The translations under genes were made by a program, and so were the position numbers. The notes below the pieces were generated by a model, which worked only from the letters and a program-made list of their open reading frames with translations, was not told the origin of the DNA and ran no database searches. Positions 28,301 through 42,345 of a stretch of 64,000 bases of DNA are shown piece after piece. Position 1 is the stretch's first letter. Each line of letters begins with the position of its first letter. The stretch is from Nemertoderma westbladi (lineage: Eukaryota; Animalia; Xenacoelomorpha): positions 1 through 64,000 of the forward strand of contig JAUCBJ010009110.1 of NCBI GenBank assembly GCA_032718475.1. Direction: 5' to 3'.

Positions 28301-31300
28301 TGTTCTGGAATATTTTATCCTCTTTTAATCGAACCACCAATTAATGATCTATCCTCTTTTACTGTAGACCAGTCTGCTCGTGGTTGTTGTGTATGCTGCG
28401 CCACTTGTGTTCTGGAATATTTTATCCTCTTTTAATCGAACCACCAATTAATGATCTATCCTCTTTTACTGTAGACCAGTCTGCTCGTGGTTGTTGTGTA
28501 TGCTGCTCCACTTGTGTTCTGGAATATTTTATCCTCTTTTAATCGAACCACCAATTAATGATCTATCCTCTTTTACTGTAGACCAGTCTGCTCGTGGTTG
28601 TTGTGTATGCTGCGCCACTTTTGTTCTGGAATATTTTATCCTCTATTAATAGAATCACCAATTAATGATCTATCCTCTTTTACTGTAGACCAGTCTGCTC
28701 GTGGTTGTTGTGTATGCTGCACCACTTGTGTTCTGGAATATTTTATCCTCCTTTAATCGAACCACCAATTAATGATCTATCCTCTTTTACTGTAGACCAG
28801 TCTGCTCGTGGTTGTTGTGTATGCTACTCCACTTGTGTTCTGGAATATTTTATCCTCTTTTAATCGAACCACCAATTAATGAGCTATCCTCTTTTACTGT
28901 AGACCAGTCTGCTCGTGGTTGTTGTGTATGCTGCTCCACTTGTGTTCTGGAATATTTTATCCTCTTTTAATCGAACCACCAATTAATGAGCTATCCTCTT
29001 TTACTGTAGACCAGTCTGCTCGTGGTTGTTGTGTATGCTGCGCCACTTGTGTTCTGGAATATTTTATCCTCTTTTAATCGAACCACCAATTAATGATCTA
29101 TCCTCTTTTACTGTAGACCAGTCTGCTCGTGGTTGTTGTGTATGCTGCTCCACTTGTGTTCTGGAATATTTTATCCTCTTTTAATCGAACCACCAATTAA
29201 TGATCTATCCTCTTTTACTGTAGACCAGTCTGCTCGTGGTTGTTGTGTATGCTGCACCACTTGTGTTCTGGAATATTTTATCCTCTATTAATAGAATCAC
29301 CAATTAATGATCTATCCTCTTTTACTGTAGACCAGTCTGCTCGTGGTTGTTGTGTATGCTGCACCACTTGTGTTCTGGAATATTTTATCCTCTTTTAATC
29401 GAACCACCAATTAATGATCTATCCTCTTTTACTGTAGACCAATCTGCTCGTGGTTGTTGTGTATGCTGCACCACTTGTGTTGTGGAATATTTTATCCTCC
29501 TTTAATCGAACCACCAATTAATGATCTATCCTCTTTTACTGTAGACCAGTCTGCTCGTGGTTGTTGTGTATGCTGCGCCACTTGTGTTCTGGAATATTTT
29601 ATCCTCCTTTAATCGAACCACCAATTAATGATCTATCCTCTTTTACTGTATACCAGTCTGCTCGTGGTTGTTGTGTATGCTGCACCACTTGTGTACTGGA
29701 ATATTTTATCCTCTTTTAATCGAACCACCAATTAATGATCTATCCTCTTTTACTGTAGACCAGTCTGCTTGTGGTTGTTGTGTATGCTGCGCCACTTGTG
29801 TTCTGGAAAATTTTATCCTCTTTTAATCGAACCACCAATTAATGATCTATCCTCTTTTACTGTAGACCAGTCTGCTCGTGGTTGTTGTGTATGCTGCACC
29901 ACTTGTGTTCTGGAATATTTTATCCTCTTTTAATCGAACCACCAATTAATGATCTATCCTCTTTTACTGTAGACCAGTCTGCTCGTGGTTGTTGTGTATG
30001 CTGCACCACTTGTGTTCTGGAATATTTTATCCTCTTTTAATCGAACCACCAATTAATGATCTATCCTCTTTTACTGTAGACCAGTCTGCTCGTGGTTGTT
30101 GTGTATGCTGCGCCACTTGTGTTCTGGAATATTTTATCCTCTTTTAATCGAACCACCAATTGATGATCTATCCTCTTTTACTGTATACCAGTCTGCTCGT
30201 GGTTGTTGTGTATGCTGCACCACTTGTGTACTGGAATATTTTATCCTCTTTTAATCGAACCACCAATTAATGATCTATCCTCTTTTACTGTAGACCAGTC
30301 TGCTCGTGGTTGTTGTGTATGCTGCGCCACTTGTGTTCTGGAATATTTTATCCTCTTCTAATCGAACCCCAATTAATGATCTATCCTCTTTTACTGTAGA
30401 CCAGTCTGCTCGTGGTTGTTGTGTATGCTGCTCCACTTGTGTTCTGGAATATTTTATCCTCTATTAACAGAATCACCAATTAATGATCTATCCTCTTTTA
30501 CTGTAGACCAGTCTGCTCGTGGTTGTTGTGTATGCTGCGCCACTTTTGTTCTGGAATATTTTATCCTCTATTAATAGAATCACCAATTAATGATCTATCC
30601 TCTTTTACTGTAGACCAGTCTGCTCGTGGTTGTTGTGTATGCTGCACCACTTGTGTTCTGGAATATTTTATCCTCCTTTAATCGAACCACCAATTAATGA
30701 TCTATCCTCTTTTACTGTAGACCAGTCTGCTCGTGGTTGTTGTGTATGCTACTCCACTTGTGTTCTGGAATATTTTATCCTCTTTTAATCGAACCACCAA
30801 TTAATGAGCTATCCTCTTTTACTGTAGACCAGTCTGCTCGTGGTTGTTGTGTATGCTGCTCCACTTGTGTTCTGGAATATTTTATCCTCTTTTAATCGAA
30901 CCACCAATTAATGAGCTATCCTCTTTTACTGTAGACCAGTCTGCTCGTGGTTGTTGTGTATGCTGCGCCACTTGTGTTCTGGAATATTTTATCCTCTTTT
31001 AATCGAACCACCAATTAATGATCTATCCTCTTTTACTGTAGACCAGTCTGCTCGTGGTTGTTGTGTATGCTGCTCCACTTGTGTTCTGGAATATTTTATC
31101 CTCTTTTAATCGAACCACCAATTAATGATCTATCCTCTTTTACTGTAGACCAGTCTGCTCGTGGTTGTTGTGTATGCTGCACCACTTGTGTTCTGGAATA
31201 TTTTATCCTCTATTAATAGAATCACCAATTAATGATCTATCCTCTTTTACTGTAGACCAGTCTGCTCGTGGTTGTTGTGTATGCTGCACCACTTGTGTTC

Positions 31301-34300
31301 TGGAATATTTTATCCTCTTTTAATCGAACCACCAATTAATGATCTATCCTCTTTTACTGTAGACCAATCTGCTCGTGGTTGTTGTGTATGCTGCACCACT
31401 TGTGTTGTGGAATATTTTATCCTCCTTTAATCGAACCACCAATTAATGATCTATCCTCTTTTACTGTAGACCAGTCTGCTCGTGGTTGTTGTGTATGCTG
31501 CGCCACTTGTGTTCTGGAATATTTTATCCTCTTTTAATCGAACCACCAATTAATGATCTATCCTCTTTTACTGTAGACCAGTCTGCTCGTGGTTGTTGTG
31601 TATGCTGCGCCACTTTTGTTCTGGAATATTTTATCCTCTTTTAATCGAACCACCAATTAATGATCTATCCTCTTTTACTGTAGACCAGTCTGCTCGTGGT
31701 TGTTGTGTATGCTGCTCCACTTGTGTTCTGGAATATTTTATCATCTTTTAATCGAACCACCAATTAATGATCTATCCTCTTTTACTGTAGACCAGTCGGC
31801 TCGTGGTTGTTGTGTATGCTGCGCCACTTGTGTTCTGGAATATTTTATCCTCTTTTAATCGAACCACCAATTAATGATCTATCCTCTTTTACTGTAGACC
31901 AGTCTGCTCGTGGTTGTTGTGTATGCTGCTCCACTTGTGTTCTGGAATATTTTATCCTCTTTTAATCGAACCACCAATTAATGATCTATCCTCTTTTACT
32001 GTAGACCAGTTTGCTCGTGGTTGTTGTGTATGCTGCGCCACTTTTGTTCTGGAATATTTTATCCTCTTTTAATCGAACCACCAATTAATGATCTATCCTC
32101 TTTTACTGTAGACCAGTCTGCTCGTGGTTGTTGTGTATGCTGCGCCACTTTTGTTCTGGAATATTTTATCCTCTTTTAATCGAACCACCAATTAATGATA
32201 TATCCTCTTTTACTGTAGACCAGTCTGCTCGTGGTTGTTGTGTATGCTGCTCCACTTGTGTTCTGGAATATTTTATCCTCTTTTAATCGAACCACCAATT
32301 AATGATCTATCCTCTTTTACTGTAGACCAGTTTGCTCGTGGTTGTTGTGTATGCTGCGCCACTTTTGTTCTGGAATATTTTATCCTCTTTTAATCGAACC
32401 ACCAATTAATGATCTATCCTCTTTTACTGTAGACCAGTCTGCTCGTGGTTGTTGTGTATGCTGCGCCACTTTTGTTCTGGAATATTTTATCCTCTTTTAA
32501 TCGAACCACCAATTAATGATCTATCCTCTTTTACTGTAGACCAGTCTGCTCGTGGTTGTTGTGTATGCTGCGCCACTTTTGTTCTGGAATATTTTATCCT
32601 CTTTTAATCGAACCACCAATTAATGATCTATCCTCTTTTACTGTAGACCAGTCTGCTCGTGGTTGTTGTGTATGCTGCGCCACTTGTGTTCTGGAATATT
32701 TTATCCTCTTTTAATCGAACCACCAATTAATGATATATCCTCTGTTACTGTAGACCAGTCTGCTCGTGGTTGTTGTGTATGCTGCGCCACTTTTGTTCTG
32801 GAATATTTTATCCTCTTTTAATCGAACCACCAATTAATGATCTATCCTCTTTTACTGTAGACCAGTCTGCTCGTGGTTGTTGTGTATGCTGCGCCACTTG
32901 TGTTCTGGAATATTTTATCCTCTTTTAATCGAACCACCAATTAATGATATATCCTCTGTTACTGTAGACCAGTCTGCTCGTGGTTGTTGTGTATGCTGCG
33001 CCACTTGTGTTCTGGAATATTTTATCCTCTTTTAATCGAACCACCAATTAATGATATATCCTCTGTTACTGTAGACAAGTCTGCTCGTGGTTGCTGTGTA
33101 TGCTGCGCCACTTGTGTTCTGGAATATTTTATCCTCTTTTAATTGAATAACGAATTAATGATATATTCTCTATTACTGTAGACCAATCTGCTCGTGGTTG
33201 TTGTGTATGCTGCACGACTTGTGTTCTGGAACATTTTATCCTCTTTTAATTGAATAACCAATTAATGATATATCCTCTGTTATTGTAGACCAGTCTGCTC
33301 GTGGTTGTTGTGTATGTGGCGCCACTTGTGTTCTGGAATATTTTATCCTCCTTTAATAGAACCACCAATTAATGATCTATCCTCTTTTACTGGAGACCAG
33401 TCTGCTCGTGGTTGATGTGTATGCTGCACCACTTGTGTTCTGGAATATTTTATCCTCTTTTAATTGAATAACCAATTAATGATATATCCTCTGTTATTGT
33501 AGACCAGCCTGCTCGTGGTTGTTGTGTATGTGGCGCCACTTGTGTTCTGGAATATTTTATCCTCCTTTAATCGAACCACCAATTAATGATCTATCCTCTT
33601 TTAATGGAGACCAGTCTGCTCGTGGTTGTTTTGTATGCTGCACCACTTGTGTTCTGGAATATTTTATCTTCTTTTAATCGAACCACCAATTAATGATCTA
33701 TCCTCTTTTACTGTAGGCCAGTCTGCACGTGGTTGTTGTGTATGCTGCACCACTTGTGATCTGGAATATTTTATCCTCCTTTAATCGAACCACCAATAAA
33801 TGATCTATCCTCTTTTACTGTAGACCAGTCTGCTCGTGGTTGTTGTGTATGCTGCGCCACTTTTGTTCTGGAATATTTTATCCTCTTTTAATCGAACCAC
33901 CAATTAATGATCTATCCTCTTTTACTGTAGACCAATCTGCTCGTGGTTGTTGTGTATGCTGCACCACTTGTGTTCTGGAATATTTTATCCTCTTTTAATC
34001 GAACCACCAATTAATGATCTATCCTCTTTTACTGTAGACCAGTCTGCTCGTGGTTGTTGTGTATGCTGCACCACTTGTGTTTTGGAATATTTTATCCTCT
34101 TTTAATCGAACCACCAATTAATGATCTATCCTCTTTTACTGTAGACCAATCGGCTCGTGGTTGTTGTGTATGCTGCACCACTTGTGTTCTGGAATATTTT
34201 ATCCTCTTTTAATCGAACCACCAATTAATGATCTATCCTCTTTTACTGTAGACCAGTCTGCTCGTGGTTGTTGTGTATGCTGCACCACTTGTGTTCTGGA

Positions 34301-37300
34301 ATATTTTATCCTCTTTTAATCGAACCACCAATTAATGATCTATCCTCTTTTACTGTAGACCAATCGGCTCGTGGTTGTTGTGTATGCTGCACCACTTGTG
34401 TTCTGGAATATTTTATCCTCTTTTAATCGAACCACCAATTAATGATCTATCCTCTTTTACTGTAGACCAATCGGCTCGTGGTTGTTGTGTATGCTGCACC
34501 ACTTGTGTTCTGGAATATTTTATCCTCTTTTAATCGAACCACCAATTAATGATCTATCCTCTTTTACTGTAGACCAGTCTGCTCGTGGTTGTTGTGTATG
34601 CTGCGCCACTTTTGTTCTGGAATATTTTATCCTCTATTAATAGAATCACCAATTAATGATCTATCCTCTTTTACTGTAGACCAGTCTGCTCGTGGTTGTT
34701 GTGTATGCTGCACCACTTGTGTTCTGGAATATTTTATCCTCCTTTAATCGAACCACCAATTAATGATCTATCCTCTTTTACAGTAGACCAGTCTGCTCGT
34801 GGTTGTTGTGTATGCTGCTCCACTTGTGTTCTGGAATATTTTATCCTCTTTTAATCGAACCACCAATTAATTATATATCCTCTGTTACTGTAGACCAGTC
34901 GGCTCGTGGTTGTTGTGTATGCTGCTCCACTTGTGTTCTGGAATATTTTATCCTCTTTTAATCGAACCACCAATTAATTATATATCCTCTGTTACTGTAG
35001 ACCAGTCTGCTCGTGGTTGTTGTGTATGCTGCTCCACTTGTGTTCTGGAATATTTTATCCTCTTTTAATCGAACCACCAATTAATGATCTATCCTCTTTT
35101 ACTGTAGACCAGTCTGCTCGTGGTTGTTGTGTATGCTGCGCCACTTTTGTTCTGGAATATTTTATCCTCTTTTAATCGAACCACCAATTAATGATCTATC
35201 CTCTTTTACTGTAGACCAGTCTGCTCGTGGTTGTTGTGTATGCTGCTCCACTTGTGTTCTGGAATATTTTATCCTCTTTTAATCGAACCACCAATTAATG
35301 ATCTATCCTCATTTACTGTATACCAGTCGGCTTGTGGTTGTTGTGTATGCTGCGCCTCTTGTGTTCTGGAATATTTTATCCTCTTTTAATCGAACCACCA
35401 ATTAATGATCTATCCTCTTTTACTGTAGACCAGTCTGCTCGTGGTTGTTGTGTATGCCGCTCCACTTGTGTTCTGGAATATTTTATCCTCTTTTAATTGA
35501 ATAACCAATTAATGATATATCCTCTGTTATTGTAGACCAGCCTGCTCGTGGTTGTTGTGTATGTGGCGCCACTTGTGTTCTGGAATATTTTATCCTCCTT
35601 TAATCGAACCACCAATTAATGATCTATCCTCTTTTAATGGAGACCAGTCTGCTCGTGGTTGTTTTGTATGCTGCACCACTTGTGTTCTGGAATATTTTAT
35701 CTTCTTTTAATCGAACCACCAATTAATGATCTATCCTCTTTTACTGTAGGCCAGTCTGCACGTGGTTGTTGTGTATGCTGCACCACTTGTGATCTGGAAT
35801 ATTTTATCCTCCTTTAATCGAACCACCAATAAATGATCTATCCTCTTTTACTGTAGACCAGTCTGCTCGTGGTTGTTGTGTATGCTGCGCCACTTTTGTT
35901 CTGGAATATTTTATCCTCTTTTAATCGAACCACCAATTAATGATCTATCCTCTTTTACTGTAGACCAATCTGCTCGTGGTTGTTGTGTATGCTGCACCAC
36001 TTGTGTTCTGGAATATTTTATCCTCTTTTAATCGAACCACCAATTAATGATCTATCCTCTTTTACTGTAGACCAGTCTGCTCGTGGTTGTTGTGTATGCT
36101 GCACCACTTGTGTTTTGGAATATTTTATCCTCTTTTAATCGAACCACCAATTAATGATCTATCCTCTTTTACTGTAGACCAATCGGCTCGTGGTTGTTGT
36201 GTATGCTGCACCACTTGTGTTCTGGAATATTTTATCCTCTTTTAATCGAACCACCAATTAATGATCTATCCTCTTTTACTGTAGACCAGTCTGCTCGTGG
36301 TTGTTGTGTATGCTGCACCACTTGTGTTCTGGAATATTTTATCCTCTTTTAATCGAACCACCAATTAATGATCTATCCTCTTTTACTGTAGACCAATCGG
36401 CTCGTGGTTGTTGTGTATGCTGCACCACTTGTGTTCTGGAATATTTTATCCTCTTTTAATCGAACCACCAATTAATGATCTATCCTCTTTTACTGTAGAC
36501 CAATCGGCTCGTGGTTGTTGTGTATGCTGCACCACTTGTGTTCTGGAATATTTTATCCTCTTTTAATCGAACCACCAATTAATGATCTATCCTCTTTTAC
36601 TGTAGACCAGTCTGCTCGTGGTTGTTGTGTATGCTGCACCACTTGTGTTCTGGAATATTTTATCCTCTTTTAATCGAACCACCAATTAATGATCTATCCT
36701 CTTTTACTGTAGACCAATCGGCTCGTGGTTGTTGTGTATGCTGCACCACTTGTGTTCTGGAATATTTTATCCTCTTTTAATCGAACCACCAATTAATGAT
36801 CTATCCTGTTTTACTGTAGACCAATCGGCTCGTGGTTGTTGTGTATGCTGCACCACTTGTGTTCTGGAATATTTTATCATCTTTTAATCGAACCACCAAT
36901 TAATGATCTATCCTCTTTTACTGTAGACCAGTCTGCTCGTGGTTGTTGTGTATGCTGCACCACTTGTGTTCTGGAATATTTTATCCTCTTTTAATCGAAC
37001 CACCAATTAATGATCTATCCTCTTTTGTTGTAGACCAATCGGCTCGTGGTTGTTGTGTATGCTGCACCACTTGTGTTCTGGAATATTTTATCCTCTTTTA
37101 ATCGAACCACCAATTAATGATCTATCCTATTTTACTGTAGACCAGTCTGCTCGTGGTTGTTGTGTATGCTGCAGCACTTGTGTTCTGGAATATTTTATCC
37201 TCTTTTAATCGAACCACCAATTAATGATCTATCCTCTTTTACTGTAGACCAATCTGCTCGTGGTTGTTGTGTATGCTGCACCACTTGTGTTCTGGAATAT

Positions 37301-40300
37301 TTTATCCTCTTTTAATCGAACCACCAATTAATGATCTATCCTCTTTTACTGTAGACCAGTCTGTTCGTGGTTGTTGTGTATGCTGCACCACTTGTGTTCT
37401 GGAATATTTTATCCTCTTTTAATCGAACCACCAATTAATGATCTATCCTCTTCTACTGTAGACCAATCGGCTCGTGGTTGTTGTGTATGCTGCACCACTT
37501 GTGTTCTGGAATATTTTATCCTCTTTTAATCGAACCACCAATTAATGATCTATCCTCTTTTACTGTAGACCAATCGGCTCGTGGTTGTTGTGTATGCTGC
37601 ACCACTTGTGTTCTGGAATATTTTATCCTCTTTTAATCGAACCACCAATTAATGATCTATCCTCTTTTACTGTAGACCAATCGGCTCGTGGTTGTTGTGT
37701 ATGCTGCACCACTTGTGTTCTGGAATATTTTATCCTCTTTTAATCGAACCACCAATTAATGATCTATCCTCTTTTACTGTAGACCAATCGGCTCGTGGTT
37801 GTTGTGTATGCTGCACCACTTGTGTTCTGGAATATTTTATCCTCTTTTAATCGAACCACCAATTAATGATCTATCCTCTTTTACTGTAGACCAATCGGCT
37901 CGTGGTTGTTGTGTATGCTGCACCACTTGTGTTCTGGAATATTTTATCCTCTTTTAATCGAACCACCAATTAATGATCTATCCTCTTTTACTGTAGACCA
38001 ATCGGCTCGTGGTTGTTGTGTATGCTGCACCACTTGTGTTCTGGAATATTTTATCCTCTTTTAATCGAACCACCAATTAATGATCTATCCTCTTTTACTG
38101 TAGACCAGTCTGCTCGTGGTTGTTGTGTATGCTGCACCACTTGTGTTCTGGAATATTTTATCCTCTTTTAATCGAACCACCAATTAATGATCTATCCTCT
38201 TTTACTGTAGACCAATCGGCTCGTGGTTGTTGTGTATGCTGCACCACTTGTGTTCTGGAATATTTTATCCTCTTTTAATCGAACCACCAATTAATGATCT
38301 ATCCTCTTTTACTGTAGACCAATCGGCTCGTGGTTGTTGTGTATGCTGCACCACTTGTGTTCTGGAATATTTTATCCTCTTTTAATCGAACCACCAATTA
38401 ATGATCTATCCTCTTTTACTGTAGACCAGTCTGCTCGTGGTTGTTGTGTATGCTGCACCACTTGTGTTCTGGAATATTTTATCCTCTTTTAATCGAACCA
38501 CCAATTAATGATCTATCCTCTTTTACTGTAGACCAATCGGCTCGTGGTTGTTGTGTATGCTGCACCACTTGTGTTCTGGAATATTTTATCCTCTTTTAAT
38601 CGAACCACCAATTAATGATCTATCCTGTTTTACTGTAGACCAATCGGCTCGTGGTTGTTGTGTATGCTGCACCACTTGTGTTCTGGAATATTTTATCATC
38701 TTTTAATCGAACCACCAATTAATGATCTATCCTCTTTTACTGTAGACCAGTCTGCTCGTGGTTGTTGTGTATGCTGCACCACTTGTGTTCTGGAATATTT
38801 TATCCTCTTTTAATCGAACCACCAATTAATGATCTATCCTCTTTTGTTGTAGACCAATCGGCTCGTGGTTGTTGTGTATGCTGCACCACTTGTGTTCTGG
38901 AATATTTTATCCTCTTTTAATCGAACCACCAATTAATGATCTATCCTATTTTACTGTAGACCAGTCTGCTCGTGGTTGTTGTGTATGCTGCACCACTTGT
39001 GTTCTGGAATATTTTATCCTCTTTTAATCGAACCACCAATTAATGATCTATCCTCTTTTACTGTAGACCAATCTGCTCGTGGTTGTTGTGTATGCTGCAC
39101 CACTTGTGTTCTGGAATATTTTATCCTCTTTTAATCGAACCACCAATTAATGATCTATCCTCTTTTACTGTAGACCAGTCTGTTCGTGGTTGTTGTGTAT
39201 GCTGCACCACTTGTGTTCTGGAATATTTTATCCTCTTTTAATCGAACCACCAATTAATGATCTATCCTCTTCTACTGTAGACCAATCGGCTCGTGGTTGT
39301 TGTGTATGCTGCACCACTTGTGTTCTGGAATATTTTATCCTCTTTTAATCGAACCACCAATTAATGATCTATCCTCTTTTACTGTAGACCAATCGGCTCG
39401 TGGTTGTTGTGTATGCTGCACCACTTGTGTTCTGGAATATTTTATCCTCTTTTAATCGAACCACCAATTAATGATCTATCCTCTTTTACTGTAGACCAAT
39501 CGGCTCGTGGTTGTTGTGTATGCTGCACCACTTGTGTTCTGGAATATTTTATCCTCTTTTAATCGAACCACCAATTAATGATCTATCCTCTTTTACTGTA
39601 GACCAATCGGCTCGTGGTTGTTGTGTATGCTGCACCACTTGTGTTCTGGAATATTTTATCCTCTTTTAATCGAACCACCAATTAATGATCTATCCTCTTT
39701 TACTGTAGACCAATCGGCTCGTGGTTGTTGTGTATGCTGCACCACTTGTGTTCTGGAATATTTTATCCTCTTTTAATCGAACCACCAATTAATGATCTAT
39801 CCTCTTTTACTGTAGACCAATCGGCTCGTGGTTGTTGTGTATGCTGCACCACTTGTGTTCTAGAATATTTTATCCTCTTTTAATCGAACCAGCAATAATG
39901 ATCTATCCTCTTTTACTGTAGACCAATCGGCTCGTGGTTGTTGTGTATGCTGCACCACTTGTGTTCTGGAATATTTTATCCTCTTTTAATCGCACCACCA
40001 ATTAATGATCTATCCTCTTTTACTGTAGACCAATCTGCTCGTGGTTGTTGTGCATGCTGCGCCACTTGTGTTCTGGAATATTTTATCCTCTTTTAATCGA
40101 ACCACCAATTAATGATCCATCCTCTTTTACTGTAGACCAGTCTGCTCGTGGTTGTTGTGTATGCTGCACCACTTGTGTTCTGGAATATTTTATCCTCTTT
40201 TAATCGAACCACCAATTAATGATCTATCCTCTTTTACTGTAGACCAGTCTGCTCGTGGTTGTTGTGTATGCTGCACCACTTGTGTTCTGGAATATTTTAT

Positions 40301-42345
40301 CCTCTTTTAATCGAACCACCAATTAATGATCTACCCTCTTTTACTGTAGACCAATCGGCTCGTGGTTGTTGTGTATGCTGCGCCACTTGTGTTCTGGAAT
40401 ATTTTATCCTCTTTTAATCGAACCACCAATTAATGATAAATCCTCTGTTACTGTAGACAAGTCTGCTCGTGGTTGCTGTGTATGCTGCGCCACTTGTGTT
40501 CTGGAATATTTTATCCTCTTTTAATTGAATAACGAATTAATGATATATTCTCTATTACAGTAGACCAATCTGCTCGTGGTTGATGTGTATGCTGCACCAC
40601 TTAATTTCTGGAATATTTTATCCTCTTTTAATTGAATAACCAATTAATGATATATCCTCTGTTATTGTAGACCAGTCTGCTCGTGGTTGTTGTGTATGTG
40701 GCGCCACTTGTGTTCTGGAATATTTTATCCTCCTTTAATAGAACCACCAATTAATGATCTATCCTCTTTTACTGGAGACCAGTCTGCTCGTGGTTGATGT
40801 GTATGCTTCACCACTTGTGTTCTGGAATATTTTATCCTCTTTTAATTGAATAACCAATTAATGATATATCCTCTGTTATTGTAGACCAGCCTGCTCGTGG
40901 TTGTTGTGTATGTGGCGCCACTTGTGTTCTGGAATATTTTATCCTCCTTTAATCGAACCACAAATTAATGATCTATCCTCTTTTAATGGAGACCAGTCTG
41001 CAAGCGGTTGTTGTGTATGCTGCACCACTTGTGTTCTGGAATATTTTATCTTCTTTTAATCGAACCACCAATTAATGATCTATCCTCTTTTACTGTAGGC
41101 CAGTCTGCACGTGGTTGTTGTGTATGCTGCACCACTTGTGATCTGGAATATTTTATCCTCCTTTAATCGAACCACCAATAAATGATCTATCCTCTTTTAC
41201 TGTAGACCATTCTGCTCGTGGTTGTTGTGTATGCTGCGCCACTTTTGTTCTGGAATATTTTATCCTCTTTTAATCGAACCACCAATTAATGATCTATCCT
41301 CTTTTACTGTAGACCAATCTGCTCGTGGTTGTTGTGTATGCTGCACCACTTGTGTTCTGGAATATTTTATCCTCTTTTAATCGAACCACCAATTAATGAT
41401 CTATCCTCTTTTACTGTAGACCAGTCTGCTCGTGGTTGTTGTGTATGCTGCACCACTTGTGTTCTGGAATATTTTATCCTCTTTTAATCGAACCACCAAT
41501 TAATGATCTATCCTCTTTTACTGTAGACCAATCGGCTCGTGGTTGTTGTTGTATGCTGCACCACTTGTGTTCTGGAATATTTTATCCTCTTTTAATCGAA
41601 CCACCAATTAATGATCTATCCTATTTTACTGTAGACCAGTCTGCTCGTGGTTGTTGTGTATGCTGCACCACTTGTGTTCTGGAATATTTTATCTTCTTTT
41701 AATCGAACCACCAATTAATGATCTATCCTCTTTTACTGTAGGCCAGTCTGCACGTGGTTGTTGTGTATGCTGCACCACTTGTGATCTGGAATATTTTATC
41801 CTCCTTTAATCGAACCACCAATAAATGATCTATCCTCTTTTACTGTAGACCATTCTGCTCGTGGTTGTTGTGTATGCTGCGCCACTTTTGTTCTGGAATA
41901 TTTTATCCTCTTTTAATCGAACCACCAATTAATGATCTATCCTCTTTTACTGTAGACCAATCTGCTCGTGGTTGTTGTGTATGCTGCACCACTTGTGTTC
42001 TGGAATATTTTATCCTCTTTTAATCGAACCACCAATTAATGATCTATCCTCTTTTACTGTAGACCAGTCTGCTCGTGGTTGTTGTGTGTGCTGCACCACT
42101 TGTGTTCTGGAATATTTTATCCTCTTTTAATCGAACCACCAATTAATGATCTATCCTCTTTTACTGTAGACCAATCGGCTCGTGGTTGTTGTTGTATGCT
42201 GCACCACTTGTGTTCTGGAATATTTTATCCTCTTTTAATCGAACCACCAATTAATGATCTATCCTATTTTACTGTAGACCAGTCTGCTCGTGGTTGTTGT
42301 GTATGCTGCACCACTTGTGTTCTGGAATATTTTATCCTCTTTTAA
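7359..42345 (+). repeat. 107-bp satellite DNA array, about 35 kb, about 327 monomers
   Basis: Consensus GTGGTTGTTGTGTATGCTGC(G/A/T)CCACTTGTGTTCTGGAATATTTTATCCTCTTTTAATCGAACCACCAATTAATGATCTATCCTCTTTTACTGTAGACCAGTCTGCTC; period 107 (7361 to 7468); head-to-tail with no spacers and very homogeneous. Confidence 0.99.

Noticed and set aside
1057-42345. Short Cys-rich ORFs in the 107-bp arrays (metallothionein- or toxin-like appearance)
   Set aside because: They are translations of the satellite monomer, extended only where a point change or indel removes a stop.
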